Both the position numbers and the translations under genes were made by a program. From Klebsormidium nitens (Eukaryota > Plantae > Klebsormidiophyceae): DNA of 64,000 nucleotides. How positions within the stretch are numbered: the stretch's first letter is position 1; every line of letters begins with the position of its first letter. Below are positions 47,401-60,624 of this stretch, one piece after another. Location of the stretch: NCBI GenBank assembly GCA_000708835.1, contig DF237105.1, positions 99,546 to 163,545 of the forward strand, in the 5' to 3' direction. The notes under the pieces were generated by a model, which had not been told where the DNA came from, searched no databases, and was given only the letters and a program-made list of their open reading frames with translations.

Positions 47401-50400
47401 CAAGTATTCGGAAAATTTCCTGTCGATAACATTTGGTGATCCGTTACGTGTCAAAAGAATCTTTTATACTCGTGTTAAAAGACCCTTCTTGCCATTCACG
47501 CGAAAGTCGAAGCGTTTCACCGATGGCGGAGTCGCTAACCTGACCAGTTCTCTCCGAACAGGGCCTCCTCTCGCGACTGCACGACATCCAAGCGTCCCTG
47601 CTGAAATGCCTGGGCCCTGTTTCTGCTGGAGGTATCGGCCGAAAGACGTCTTCTCCCAATCTGCTCCACCCCAGTTCGGACTCGCCGGACGTGGAAACCA
47701 TCTTCGGACGCGTGCTCATGGTTCTCAAGGACAACACGCATTTGTGGGCCAAGGTAAAGTGACGTGCAATGTCAACCTGCTTTGACTCCGTAAGCAAAAT
47801 AGTTGGATGCGAAGTGCGGAGCTTGCAGTGTACTTTCTGAAGGAAAGCTTGTTTCCCTCTTAGGAGAATAACAGACTTAGGAAGACATGAACCCGAGATA
47901 ATAATAAGGTCACGTCACTTAGGTTAAATTCAAGATGAAGGTGGATAGGGGTGCGGAGCGGGTGTCTTTCTGGGTTAGGTTCAGTATTGTGTGTCGAAGC
48001 TTATTATTGAGTCGGCCTAGTATCCTCTTTTTTGAGTTTCATCAAGAGAGTGGCCTCCGCCGTCTCAGCCATAGATTAAAATGAAGCCGCACGAGAAATC
48101 GACGCGGCATCCTCACGAATCCACTCTTCCACGGAGATACAGAAGCTCTCTTGCCATGTGTTCCAGGTACAAGATCGGTCATCCGTTCCGAAGGTTTTGA
48201 ACTCGATTTCGTTCCGTAAGTCTGGCCTCAGTCCTTTTAGCCATCGAACACTTACAAGCGCAAAAGTTACTTCTTACTCACGACACTTTTTCTCACGAAC
48301 TCACTTGCTTTCTCTGAGGCTTGCTTGCCGTCTACCAGGTACGAACTCTGCCATTCGTTGCCCCACCCCTGGAGCAGTCTCACGCCGCCAGCCTTCGCGA
48401 GCTGGAAAAATGGTCGCCTGTCAACTTGAATTTTAAACCCGCTCTCTTGGCATTCTCACACAACTTTCACGGACGTTTGTGCCAGGTTCGAGATCCGCCG
48501 TCCGTTCCCCGACCCCTGGAACAATCTGATGCTGCCAGCCTTCGCGCACTGGGAGACGCTTGTCCGCGGTCAAATTACTCGATGAATTATCTCCCTTATC
48601 ACATTCCAAAGAATTGTCTTCTTTTCCCACCAGATTCGAGATCTGCCATCCGTTCCTCCGTCCCTGCCCAACAGGGGGTTGAAATGATCATACTAAAAGT
48701 TGTACTGCGTTTGTGCTAGGATCGGGATTTGCCAATCGTCTCCCCGTTCCTGGAACAGTCTCACGCCGCCACCCTTCGCGAGCTGGAAACGTTTGTCGCC
48801 TGTCAATTTACAGACAGACTTGCTTGTATCATTCTCCTGAATGACTTTTTCCTGTTCCTAGATTCGCGATCTGCCAAGCATCCCTTCGACCCTGGAACAA
48901 TCTCACGCTGCCAGCCTTCGCGAGCTGGAATCGTTGGTCGCCGCGCATGAGACGCTACAACGGGAGCTGCAAAGGCACGCGCGAAGCCCGCAACCTCAAG
49001 AAACGGCAACCCGCAAAACCACAACTACGGAAGGGAGCTCTCAGAGAGGGGAAGGGAGTTTCCGGGGGGGGAACAACAAGGGATCTCGTGATGGGGGGGT
49101 GCAAAGTGATATGGATCTTGTGGGGGGGACTGTAACCGATGGTGAAAGAGCGGGGGGCGTGCAGAATGGGGTGCAAAAAGGGGAGTACGCTGACACCGAC
49201 GAAGAAAGAGCCCTGGAACAGGATGAGAGAGGGGGAGTAAGACTGGCGGGAATCGGGGCTGGCTGTGAGGGGCCGAGTCGGTTAGAAAGAGGAGAGGGGA
49301 ATGATGATGACGTGGACGATGACGACACGGGGTCGGTCGACCCGTCTGATCAGCTGGAAGGCGGAAACTCTGAGATGTTTAGAAAGCTCAGCTTGAGCGA
49401 ACGGGAGCCGACGCTGGCCGTTGGATTGGACGGAGGAATGACCGCCAAATTTTCGGCGGGGGTCGGGTTAAGTTTGGGGTTGCCCAAACCCCCGGGCGAA
49501 GCAGGAGGGTTAGAGCGAGGGTTATCGGGTACAAGCGGAGGTTTGGAGCAAGAACCCTTCGTCAAGGTTTGGGGGGGCGAGGTTTCCGTTCCAGGGGGGT
49601 CCAGGGCTTGGTTCAACCCCGTGTTTGCGGAAGAGGAGGGGGGGGTAGAAGGAAGGCGAGATAGCGGGGAGGGTGCGGGTTTGGGGCTCGGGACGGCGAT
49701 TGCGGAAGTTCTGGGCGACCGTGACAGGCTGCTCAAGCAGAATGGTCGCCTGGTTATTGAGGTGAGATAGCCCACGGGATTGCTGCTGTGATTTTTGCGG
49801 ATGCAAGTTACTGGGAGGTTAGGCGTCCGGAGATGGTTGGCGACGGACAACAGCCTGCTTAGGTAGAACGGTCGCCTGATTATAAAAGTTGAGACTCCTC
49901 GAGAAACTGATGTTACAGGCCTGAACGGAGTTTGATGCGGGTGTTCGCAGTGGAGAGCTGATGGGCGACTATGAGCAGGCTGCTCCGAGAGAATGGTCGC
50001 CTGCTTATGAAATCACCATCTTGAGAAAGTCACAGCAACACTGGAAGTGTCACAGACGATGTTGCACCCAGACAAACGGTGGATGAGCTGGTTGCTGAAA
50101 AGAGTTGGATCTCAGTCGCACTCCATCTTTCTAGGTTTTGGGCTCCTGAATCCGGTCGCTCGCCTTGTGCAGTTGGAGACCCTCAAGTCCCGCTTCTCAG
50201 TCTCCGAGAGCGAACTAGAGCGGGCGCGCTCCGCGCTCGCCTCGGCCGCCGCTCTAGCGTCCAAACTCGACCTGGCGTACGGACAGCTAGTCCGGGAGCT
50301 GGAGACCGTCCGCAAGGAGCGGGATGACCTGGCGCTGACGTCAGCGCCGACTAGAGTGACGTCAGCGGGGATGTTCCGGACCGTCCGGACGCCGGAGAGG

Positions 50401-52968
50401 GCCGTTCCGACGGTGCTCCCGCCGGTTCGGACGCCCGGAACATCTAGAGCGAGGGAAGAGGCGAGGAAGCGGGGAATCGAGGGCGGGGGCGGGAGGGAGG
50501 ACAAGAGGCGGCGGCAGGACGGTAACGAGGGGGGAGATAAAGTGGACGTTGGGCTCCGAGGGGGGGTGGATTCTGGGCTTGAAAGCCGGGGGGGGGGAGA
50601 GGGTCTGGAGTTGAGTCTGGAGGAGAAACGTGCGGCGCAACTAGGGATGGCGGCGGGTGTGAGTGAAGCGGAGGAGCGGCGGCACCTGCGGAGCATTCTG
50701 GAACGGGTCCTTGGTAAGAGAAGCATATTGGATGGATATAAGTATGCATCTGCGTACCTATACATTGGTCATACTACATACCTGCTGTCTCCCTTCTCTC
50801 TTTTCTTATGGACATGGCAACCCCTGGGCGCCAGTGTTCAAATATGTAGTCGTCGATTAGTGGAAAAAAAGCGGCAACTTTCGGCCTCTCTGTTGGAGCG
50901 GACTGCGCCACTTAACGGAATGGGCGACCATCAGTAGACAGGAGAATTGTGAAAACTCGGATTGCTTCATTGAGCCGATAGGCAACACTGTATAAACCCA
51001 TCACATTCGGTCGTTTTGCAGAAGTCATTGGCAGTTCCAGGCGTCTTTTTTAGACCGCACCTGTGGATGACCACGAGTGGATCTTTTCATACTACCTGGT
51101 AGTTGGAGTGGAGCAAACAGGCAGAACAACCTACTCATGATTTCCGGTCGTTTGCAGAGGAGAAGCGCCGTCTCGAGGCGTCTCTTTCAGAACAGACCAC
51201 CGCCCTCGAGCTCGTCACACGGCAAAGACGACACGACGGCAAAAGGGCGAAACGGGCGGAGGCGGAGTGTCGCACGCTGACCGGTGAGCACAGCCCATTA
51301 GACGATGGGTTTGTATCTGAGTTTTAAAGCAGCAAAAAGCTAACACCTTTTCAGTGATATGGTTCCAAGGGTTCAAGGGGCGGAGGCGGAGTGTCGCACA
51401 CTGACGGGTGGGGACAGCCCTTCGGAAAAGAAAATTGTAACAGGTGGCATGAATACAGGGATATTTTCTGTAATAGAGTCCACTCTGACGTTGCTGAAAG
51501 GGCAAAAAACGGGGAGGCGGAGTGTCGCACGCTGACGGGTGACGAAAGCCCTTGGAATGTCGACCTTAGATTGACAATCTGAATGAGAGTTTGTTTCGTT
51601 CAAGATTTTGGTGAGGTCCGGAGAAGGACTCTGGTGATCCATTGAAAGGGCCCAGAGATCTGGTACGCACTCTCTTTCCTGACGCTTCGTATACGGTCCG
51701 GTGTATGGGATTCGAGGAGTTCTGAGGGTGCATTGAATATTTGAGGCTGCAGTCCTTCGCAATTCCCTCCGAAAGTCGCTTTGCGCTTTGTTTCCTAAGA
51801 GACCTGCCGATAATCCACAGAAGACGAACTAGCAAGTATCCGCGTCGCAACAAACATATGTGTCAGGCTGATGTTACTTCTGTCCAGAACAGCCGAAGTA
51901 GATTAAGGCTCGGCGTCGCTTGCAAAGTGTAAGAGCTCATCTGCCATTCTCTAAGTAATCTGAATATGACTTGACCGAACACGTCGATACCTGGAGCATT
52001 TACTCCGTAAACTGTGTTTCCGGCACATATATGTGGACACGCTGGTCCGGCCATCAAAACTGGACTTGTAAGCGCACTCCAGTTAAGGCAAATCGTGGCA
52101 AATCCTGATTCTTTCTTTTACTTCGTCTTTCAGGACGCCTGCACGAGCAGGGCCTGCGGCTGGAGGCCATTCTGCGCGAGCATGCTGACGTGTGCCACCG
52201 GCTGGGGCGGAAGGAACTAGCGGTGGCGGCACTGCAGCGGCACATCAAGGTCGTCTCAAAGGTACGCACCGTCACACCTCCCCACATCTATAGGGTCAGA
52301 AAACACTACGGCTTGACTTGCTCCTTCTGAATTTTGAAAGTTGGTTTGAATGTCTTTGAGAGGAGTTAGCGGCGTTGACGCTATGGATTCCCATTATCTC
52401 AGGATGCGAACGGAACGAGTTCCTCAAACCGCCTCTTACTCTTGAACTTTGTAACCTTGGGGTGAGTCTGAGAGTTTTGAATCTGCTGAAGAGTCGAATA
52501 GTCGTACTGGATAGGGGGCTGCCCTTGACGTAGTTTTCTCCATGTTTTGAACTACAATTGTAAGGCTTGGACCGGGAAAATGTTCTCTCTGGATCTGGGG
52601 ACTTGGTTTGGGAGACATACGATAAGCGCTTTCTTATTGCAGATTCGTGCGTCGTTCTTTTTATCAAGGTTGCCGGCAGATTCGGAATTTGATGGCGATG
52701 TAGAAGGTAGTTCGAGAGGCCGAAAGCGGGTGACGTCATCTGCAGACCAGCCGTTCGCCCACCTTCGCGGTTCTCACGTTCCCAAGAATGTATTTTGATT
52801 TCCTTTGCCACTTGCCAGCGTCTGCTGGTTTCACTTTCATCGCTTGGCCGATTAGATTTTGTCTTAGTAGCTCATCGCATGATTCTCTTTTTGCAGGAGA
52901 ACCGTGAGCTTCACGAGTCTCTGCGAGACAGGGAGAACAGGATTGTAACACTGGAGAGGCATCCTTGA
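38460..52968 (+). CDS. Very long (~2,600 aa) acidic coiled-coil protein of unknown family
   Basis: Phase-consistent GT-AG exons: 38460-38723, 39185-39298, 39812-40036, 40345-40815, 41686-43599, 44231-47002, 47562-47753, 48862-49761, 50173-50713, 51158-51283, 52134-52261, 52643-52729, 52897-52968. E/L/A/R-rich heptads; no enzymatic or motor domain recognised. Confidence 0.82.
41255..41685 (+). repeat. Intronic tandem array: 3 copies of the 5' edge of exon 41686 (~149-bp period)
   Basis: gagatgcg(cg)agctgctcttggtcgtc at 41266, 41413, 41561 and 41713 (real exon). Confidence 0.92.
47937..47985 (+). repeat. Relic of the same family as the 8142-8279 element
   Basis: Exact 16-mer gggtgcggagcgggtg (47949-47964 vs 8213-8228) with similar ggtgg.ta and ggttagg flanks. 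Confidence 0.6.
48140..48861 (+). repeat. Intronic tandem array of the acceptor plus 5' edge of exon 48862 (~145-bp period)
   Basis: cctgga.ca.tct.a.gc.gcca.ccttcgcg.(g/a)ctgg at 48368, 48515, 48749 and 48891 (real), plus truncated copies at ~48150 and 48633. Confidence 0.88.
51284..51560 (+). repeat. Two copies of the 3' edge plus donor of exon 51158-51283 (~127-bp period)
   Basis: ggcggagtgtcgcac.ctgac.gGT at 51261 (real), 51385 and 51516. Confidence 0.9.
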
Positions 52969-55173
52969 TAAAAGTAAAGGACGTGTTCAGTTTTAGAGCG
53001 TGTACAGCAGCCAGCCAAATGCTTGTCTTTTTGCTGGGCTGAAAAGAAAATATAGATCAAGGGATTGGTAAAGAAGAGCGACAAGAGGTTCTTGGCTGGT
53101 GTATCGATTATATCTACTCTCGAGAGGGGATTCTAAATTGCCCACTAGACCAGCTAGTTTTCAAACGTAGCCTCCAGAATGCTCAACTGCACCGGTACGG
53201 ATTATAACCAGCTTCCCGCGAAGTTGAAGTGCCCAATGTATCTCACCGACTCCCTTCGAATCCCGACGTACTCACAGATCACCGTCATAATCGGTGCAAA
53301 TTAGCGTATATTAATATCACTTGCACGCAACTAGGTGTTCCGGAAGCTGTACAGTCACGCATTCATATAGCAGTTCTGCTCAGCGGCTGCCTTTGTAACC
53401 CTTGCATTAGATGCTGATTCAGGCTAACTCGAGCGACTCACGTAACTAACCGCACGCAGCCGGCATAAGTTGTTTTTGCGCCTGACATGGATCACCGAAA
53501 GAAACCATTAATGATGATAAACTTGAAAGCTTCCATGAAAGTAACTCGTACGGCCCACAGCCTGGCACTTGTTAAAGCCGTGCATGCCATTGTCTCATGC
53601 AGTTGCAGGGATTGAACTCAATTCTGCCTTAATATATGCATGGGAGGTCTTTCGTTTTATACGTTCCAACCGTTTATCGCGGTACGGAGGCTCGGCCAAT
53701 CTCACTGCACAGGCCTGAAAGTCAATCAAAATTAATTCAGAAGGACAAGTTAGTTGGCGTCTCCAGCCCGGGAGCGCAGCAAATCCTTCGGGGGCGGCCT
53801 TTGCGCCTTCAATGCATTGCCCGGTCAGCTAATATTGGCTGCTGACACTCGTGAAAAGGCCCCATGCACAGTGTTAGTACTCGGACCAGTACTAGAGTCT
53901 CAACTGCAGGCGGGCGGGCCCGGGCCAGCTAGGGCTGACGCAGTACCGGCAGGGCCGGGCCTCTGGAGCATCAAGCACTGCAAAAACACTAGGGTCAGAT
54001 TGGTAGATTACGTTGAATAGTAACGAATAATATCACACCGGCCCTGCACCCCCCGCAGCCAAATATGTGTACTTCAGCTGTATAATTAAACAGTCACCAA
54101 CAAGCTAGGATACGTCCTTAGCAGATTGCTTAGTAAACGTCCAATCACCAAAAAAGCGGACCTTGCCATGCATGAGTGTTGGGATGCATCGAATAGATCA
54201 GTAATATTATCGGTCACGCTGCTAAAAGAGAGATGTGAGGAAGATACGAGCGCGCCTTCGATTACAAGATTTCCTCGTTACTGGCAACTCGCGAGGTGAC
54301 GTCCTTCCCCTGTCTCTTGTCGATCCGTTTCATAGCGATCCTCAGTCGTGAAGAGGCCTAGCTATTACTGGACTCAAGATTGTCCATGCATGACTGAGCT
54401 GCGGCAAACTGTTCCGATGAATCGGATCAATACGAAGCAGCCCACATTTCCGAGCCGTCGATAAGCATTTGAGTCATATTTTCAACGTTCAGGAATCAGG
54501 ATACGTCCGTCATTGACAAAAACCCTGGCGACCATCAGCGTTTTGGGATCTTGTCGAATGTTTGTCGAATCGACATAAAATCAATACAAAATAAAATCAA
54601 CACGGGATCCAGTGTCGATTCGACGGAGAAGACTTTTCAACCACTATCTGGATTGTTGATTCAGACGCGAAACTTTATCGACGGTCTTGAAGCTTGTTGA
54701 AATCATCTTGAAAATATCCAGTTCGGTAAATCAATGTCGATCACGTAGCCAGCGTGGCTAAAGAATGTCAACATCAGCTGTGCACCTGCTGCAGTGCATG
54801 TCTGGCATTGTTTGCATGCGCTACTACCGGATCTCAGTCTGCCAACTGAGAAAAGGAGAAGGACCTCAGCCTCAGGTTCTGCAGAAGCACTGGGGCTGTG
54901 GTCACCTTAAGATGCAGGTCACTTTTGCCAATTGTGGACACCAGCTGCTATCCTGCGGGCCATCCTGGGAGCTGATGAGCTTGCGGAGCAACTGTGGAGA
55001 GTGGTAGCGCGTCGTGTGGAAGTTAGCATTGCGTTCACTTGAAGCTCTCTGGCAGTAGTACTTGAATCTCAGTAGCTTAAGATGGAAGACCAGCTAGATC
55101 TGCATGGCGGCGGAGCCAGATTCATGGGACTTTTCTCTGGGATTTTGGGATCCTGGCTTTGTTCTGCTTGAAG

Positions 55174-58100
55174 ATGGTCAACCACTTCATTGATAATCTT
55201 TTTCCCCATCTTTCTCCCACGAGACGAGCAGTTGCACGGACCACCAATGGGCAGGGCAGTCCCCTAGGAGGCGGCAGAATTGTGTGTCGTAGATGTAAGA
55301 GGAAGTTTGTGTCTTTTCAGCAGCTGACCAACCATCAGCGAAAGGAGGGGGGCTGCACTCCTCCAAGGTCTACTGCATCTGGTACTGCAGTTGCTTCCTC
55401 AACTCCTCCACCATCGTCGCCGCTCCGGCAGTTCAATGCTTTTGATGCTCCCCTTGGACACTCTCTGTCCCCCGTTCCAGATTCCCTAACTCCTCCACAA
55501 AACCATACTTCTAGTCAGGATGCAGCTGGCGCGGGTAACTCTGAAGAAGCTGATACTTCATACCACCATTTAATATCTCCAGAGCCAAGGACATCTGCAG
55601 TAGGACAGCAGGTAGGCGCGCGCTTTGAACAGATTCCTTGCCGCGATGGGCCCAGCACCTTTGCTTCTGAAGATCCAGAAGAAGAGAAGAGGCAAGAGGT
55701 AGTAGCATTCATCAAAAACTGCAATGGGGGCAAAGGGCTCTCACGAAAGGACCAGAACTGGCTACTGAGTTTCGCCGAGGTTCCTGGGTTGGAGAGCGAT
55801 AAGGACGTGCAGAAGCATATTGACGCGCTTCCGAAACCAGTGAGCCCCAATTCTGCCACAATCTCCTGTGAGCTTGGCCAGTGGATCTTCGGATTGTGTG
55901 GGCCTGAGAGGGACAAGAAAGTGGATGCCTTCTGATGGTGGCCTCTTTATTGCAATCTATGAATGCAGCCTGTGGAGACTGTCTCAATGGGCAGCCTCAA
56001 ACCTCAAGTGTCTACCAGATACCAGTTTGTCGGTTGTACCTTCATCGCTAGGCCCTTTAGCTGGAAGTCCTTCAGCTGTGAGCTTTGGTGGTACGGGAAG
56101 TTTCATTGTCCATCTATGAGCAAGCAGTGTAAACTTATGCATTCCGTCGGTATTCAGTGTCAAGGGTCATGTCTTTCCCCTTATCGTCTTTCATTTTAAG
56201 TTCAGGAGCTTTTGGTTTTAGCATGAGGATCTGGTAGCTGATAGATCGTGGTTTGTTTGCTACGCAGGAAGGCTGGTCCAGGATCAACCTTGCGGACCCC
56301 ACGGATGGACAAGACCTCTTCCTCGACTATTGTGATGCATATACTGCTGTTTTGGATCTGTGGAGGGATCCCATACACGCTGGAAAGCTGATCTTGAAGC
56401 CGAGGGTACTGCGCGGCAGAAATGGGGAGCGCCGGTACAAAGAGGCCCATACCAGCGTCTGGTGGAATGAAATGCAGGTAGGCTTTTTCAGACCTGACCC
56501 GCGGCTAAGTGGTTTTGCTTCTTTTGAAGTTCTGGTTATGTTTGCAGTTCCTCAAGATCCAACTTTGAGCAGCAAGTTATGAGAGAGCTTCTGCAGCGAT
56601 GTATCCAAGTGGGCAGCCGTCAACGTTCCTCCAGGGACAAAAGCGAAGTTGAGATGAGTGTGGACACTATTCTTGAAGCATTCAGGACTGTGGTTGTTCA
56701 CATAAGTGTGTCTGCATTTGCAGAAGTTGATTCCCGCTTCGGACACAGTGCTGGCGCTGATCCTTTACAGCGATGGGACACCGCTCAGTTTGAGCGGACG
56801 ACTCAAAGTGCGCCCGGTCATTTTGAGCCTTGCCAACATTCCCAAGGAGCTTAGGGGGAAGCTGTCTGGTTGGGTTCTCGTGGGCTACATTCCATACGTG
56901 GAACCACGTCCAGAGTTTAGTCTCGCGGAGGGCTCGGAGGCGCTCCGCTTACGGCAGCTCCAGATATGGCACGACTCCTATCGGAAGATTCTGGAGCGCT
57001 TGAAACTTTACACTCTGACGTAAGGTTCTGGATCCATAGTTTGTTCAGGTCACCGCACAGTCAAGTTTTCTAGGCTGGTTTACTTCCTTGTCTGTCTTGG
57101 ACCTGGGATCAGTTGGCTTGTAGCTCAACAACTGTTAATACCTGAGAATGTTTTTGTTCTTGTGATCATGTCTACGAGTGAAGTGAGACCTCTCAAATGG
57201 GGAGCACCTTCTCATTGAACTTGTTTCTTGTGCAGGGGCATGGAGGTTGAGGATGCAAACGGAGTAAAGACGACAGTTTGGCCCATGATATACGCCGTCG
57301 TAACTGACTGGCAGGAAGGATGTGTCGCTGCAGGTACAAAGAGCGGCAACAAGACCAATTGTCCTTGTCATACGTGCCTTGTGTTGGCTTGCGATCTTGA
57401 CGATCTAGTTGCAGGCAGACGCGCCGAGCTGCGGACAGAGACAAGGATGAAGCAGATCTACGATCAGGTTGTGGAGCTCCACAAGAAGGGGGGGTGCACT
57501 GCGGTCATTGAGTCCTCAAAGGCTGGTCAGCAAACCCGGTTGAGGTACGTGGAGGTTCTGCTTGTCATCCTTTGCACTCAAGAGATAGGGTTTTGGGCGT
57601 CAAGTAGTATGAATGATAACCTTGTATATTGCGCCGCAATCAGCTCATGCACAATCTGCCTGGCAAAAGCGTCGAAGGCTGCCAGTGTTACTGCCATCTG
57701 CTGATCTCTGCATTGATGCGATTCAGTCTCCTTGAGAAGAATGATGCGGCTGTCCAGGCTGGTCGTGAGCGCTTATCTTCAAAACACGGGCAAATTCAAA
57801 TCAGTATTTCTACAGTCCGACCCGCATCAGGGCTTGAATCAAGAGTCTTTTCCTACTACCGATTGGAGTTCGGGAATCTGCACAAGTCTGTATGGGTTGG
57901 ATCATCTGATCTCCGTTTGATCTGAGCACTGCGTTTTGCAGAACGCGCTGTGGGATTGGAAGGGCGGCAACACAAAGTCTGGGAACGTTTATCGTTCCAT
58001 ACTACCAGAGATCATGCACCAGGTATGCGGCGTCACAACGCAGCCTGTGACTTTGTTTCAAAGTTTCGTTTTGCTACTTTATCCTTCTCCAAACGGCTGC

Positions 58101-60624
58101 TGAACTGAGGTAACTTTACTGAACTTGAAATTCCAAGCAACACCGGCAAAAGGGTGGTCTTTCCGTCCTTCCCGACGCAGACATCCCGTCCAGATCCTGC
58201 TCAGATTTTCAAAAAGCACTACGCTTTGTTCTGGCAGCTAGACCACGGGGTAGTACCCATGCTCTTCGAGCTCGTGGGCAACTACGCCAAGGACAAGTTT
58301 GGAGCGAAGGAAGGGAATAAGCGCCTGGCTTTAGCGAACAAGCGCTTTCTTTCTTTCCGGAACACACACCCGGGTCTCCGCCTGCCCAACATCGACTTCC
58401 TCGGCGGTTCCTCTTTTGTGACTGCCTTCGAGCATCGGCACAGTCTGTCGGTGGGTGTACGGTCTCAGCAGATCTCTGTTTGACCGGTGATTCTACCGTT
58501 GGTTGCTGTTAACTCAATTCCGGGTGCCTATACCCGTAAGGTACTGCTGATCTGATCTGATTCTAAGCCACTCGAATCAAAGGGAATGCCCTACGTTGAT
58601 GTGGACTTGACGGTTATCTGATCAAAGGACGAACGTAGCAACTTGTAGTCCCTGGTTCTCCAATCTCGTTGGTTACAACTCCGAATATTGAATCGTCCAC
58701 ACAGCCTGCCACGGAGACTTCTCTTTTTCCGCCTCTTTGCAGGTGGCCGTCTATGCAGTCGTGGGCGTCTTTACCCTGCCCAATGGGCGTGACGAGATAA
58801 CTCCTCTTTTTCGAGACTTTGCTGATGTGTACCTTGACTTCGCAGTCAGGCACAAGAGCCGAGGTCACACCGATGCGTCCTTGGCCAAGGTCGACGCTGA
58901 TTGGGATAAGGTTCTAGCTAAGATGAAGAGGATTTTGCCATACCAGGCCTCGGGTTGGGGCACCTCAAAGGTACACACGAACGCGCATTCGACCGAGTCG
59001 GTCAGTCTTAAAGGTCTCCCCGGGGAGTACTCTGCCGATAATTACGAGTCGAGTCACAAGAGGACGGCGAAGAATCCCTTCAGGGCTTCCAACAAAAACC
59101 ATATGCAGCTGCAAATGGTAAAGCATGTGACCGACCGACTCGCCCTTCGAAAAGCGGGGAAGGATTACTTCGTTCCAACTCAAAAGGAGACGGCTCTCCG
59201 AAAACGGGTGAGTTGTTTTTCGCAGGCTTGGCCCCTTGCATCCTTTTATTCTTGCAAGTGCTGTCCTTCTCTTTCCTGGTCTCTGTTCATGTCTGTTTCT
59301 CCTTCCTTTGTTGATTTGTCGGGATGTTCTGGAGCGTTTCGACCAACTGAAACTTCTCGAAGTTCATCAAGCGCTCAGTGAGGGGGCTTTTCACATTGCC
59401 AATGGTGTTTGACGCGCTTTGAAGGCTCGACTGCTTCTACAGGACTATCTCTAAAACTATCTGGTTGTTGCGAGTGGGTGTGTTTCTTCCTCTTGGTCGA
59501 TCTTGCCTAAACATCTTGACGTTCCTGCCTGCCACAAAGTAGGCTAACTTTGCGTGGATGCAACGCTACAGATGATTTTCTCCAAAAGATGTTTTTTTTT
59601 CATCCTGATTGCAGGCTAGGGACCAGAAGACCAACCTGCTAAGCGTGAAAGGTCGCCCTCTCCGGCTCTTCCGACTGTCCAGGCAGTCCCTGCGGGATGG
59701 CAATCGAGATCCCGCACTTCTCGCACAGCCCGAGCTGGTCCATCTCGAGCGCGTTCTTCGTTCGCACCTCGGGGGAAATCCCAGAGGTACGCGAGCTTTG
59801 CTGGCGAACCTTCCTACCGTCCAAGACGCCAAGGTGAGAGGTGACTGAGATCGACCGATTCAACTCTGTTTTGGGTTTGTGCTGCTACATCGCAACGTTC
59901 TGGTAGTTCTTTGGACTGCGGTCGTTTAGATTCGAAGCTCTTCAAGAAGTGAGCAAGTTGTGGATGCGACGAAGTTGATTGTGTAATGATGCTCAGTCCT
60001 CAAAGCGGAAGCTTTGGTTCGAACGATGAATTCTGCTTAAGTCTTATGTCATTAGATTGCCAAAGGATTGCTTGCTTTCGGTGCTACAGTCGCCGAAACG
60101 TTGAAGCTGTTGTACACTGTTGACGACAATTGTCATTCTGCCGGGTGCGAAGCTCAACGGGTTCGCTTCTCATTATGCAGGTTATACGACACATGACGCT
60201 TGCGATTGCAAGAGCGCGCCAGCCTGACGGCAGTTTGAAGACGGAGTTGGCTCGGGCGAACCCATGCTTCGGGCAGAACAAGCGGCCCGTTTTCAGCAGC
60301 GTGGTTGTGGATGGAGTAGGGCCGGAACGACGAGGGCGATTGGAGCGGACCGATTGGTATGCACAGCTTCGTTTGTTGTTTTCCTGTGTTGATCACCGAG
60401 GTCGGAAGCGCGCCTATGCGTTCGTGAAGTGGTATCAGAAAACGGGCCCACAAGACGGAACGAGGAGCGTTCGTTTGAAATGGGAAATGGTAAACGGGCC
60501 CAACGGGGTTGAGCAGGTTCGGTATGACGTCATAGGTCTTCAGACAATAAAACGGCTCGAGCACATTCTCCCAGATCCAAATAACGAAGGTATGTTTTAT
60601 GTCAATGAAACGCGTCTGGTCTAG
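55174..60624 (+). CDS. Plavaka-type (CACTA/EnSpm-related) transposase, 9 exons, 970 aa, with N-terminal zinc finger
   Basis: Exons 55174-55839, 56268-56477, 56724-57019, 57236-57554, 57942-58022, 58238-58450, 58743-59207, 59615-59833, 60181-60624 total 2913 nt with no internal stop. Motifs LILYSDGT..KVRPVILSLANIP..LVGYIP, VTDWQEG..CPCHTC, EIMHQLDHGV, SKVHTNAH..YESSH..AKNPFRASNK..QM match my recollection of Plavaka transposases (Pfam PF18759). N-terminal CRRC..HQRKEGGC. Confidence 0.85.
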
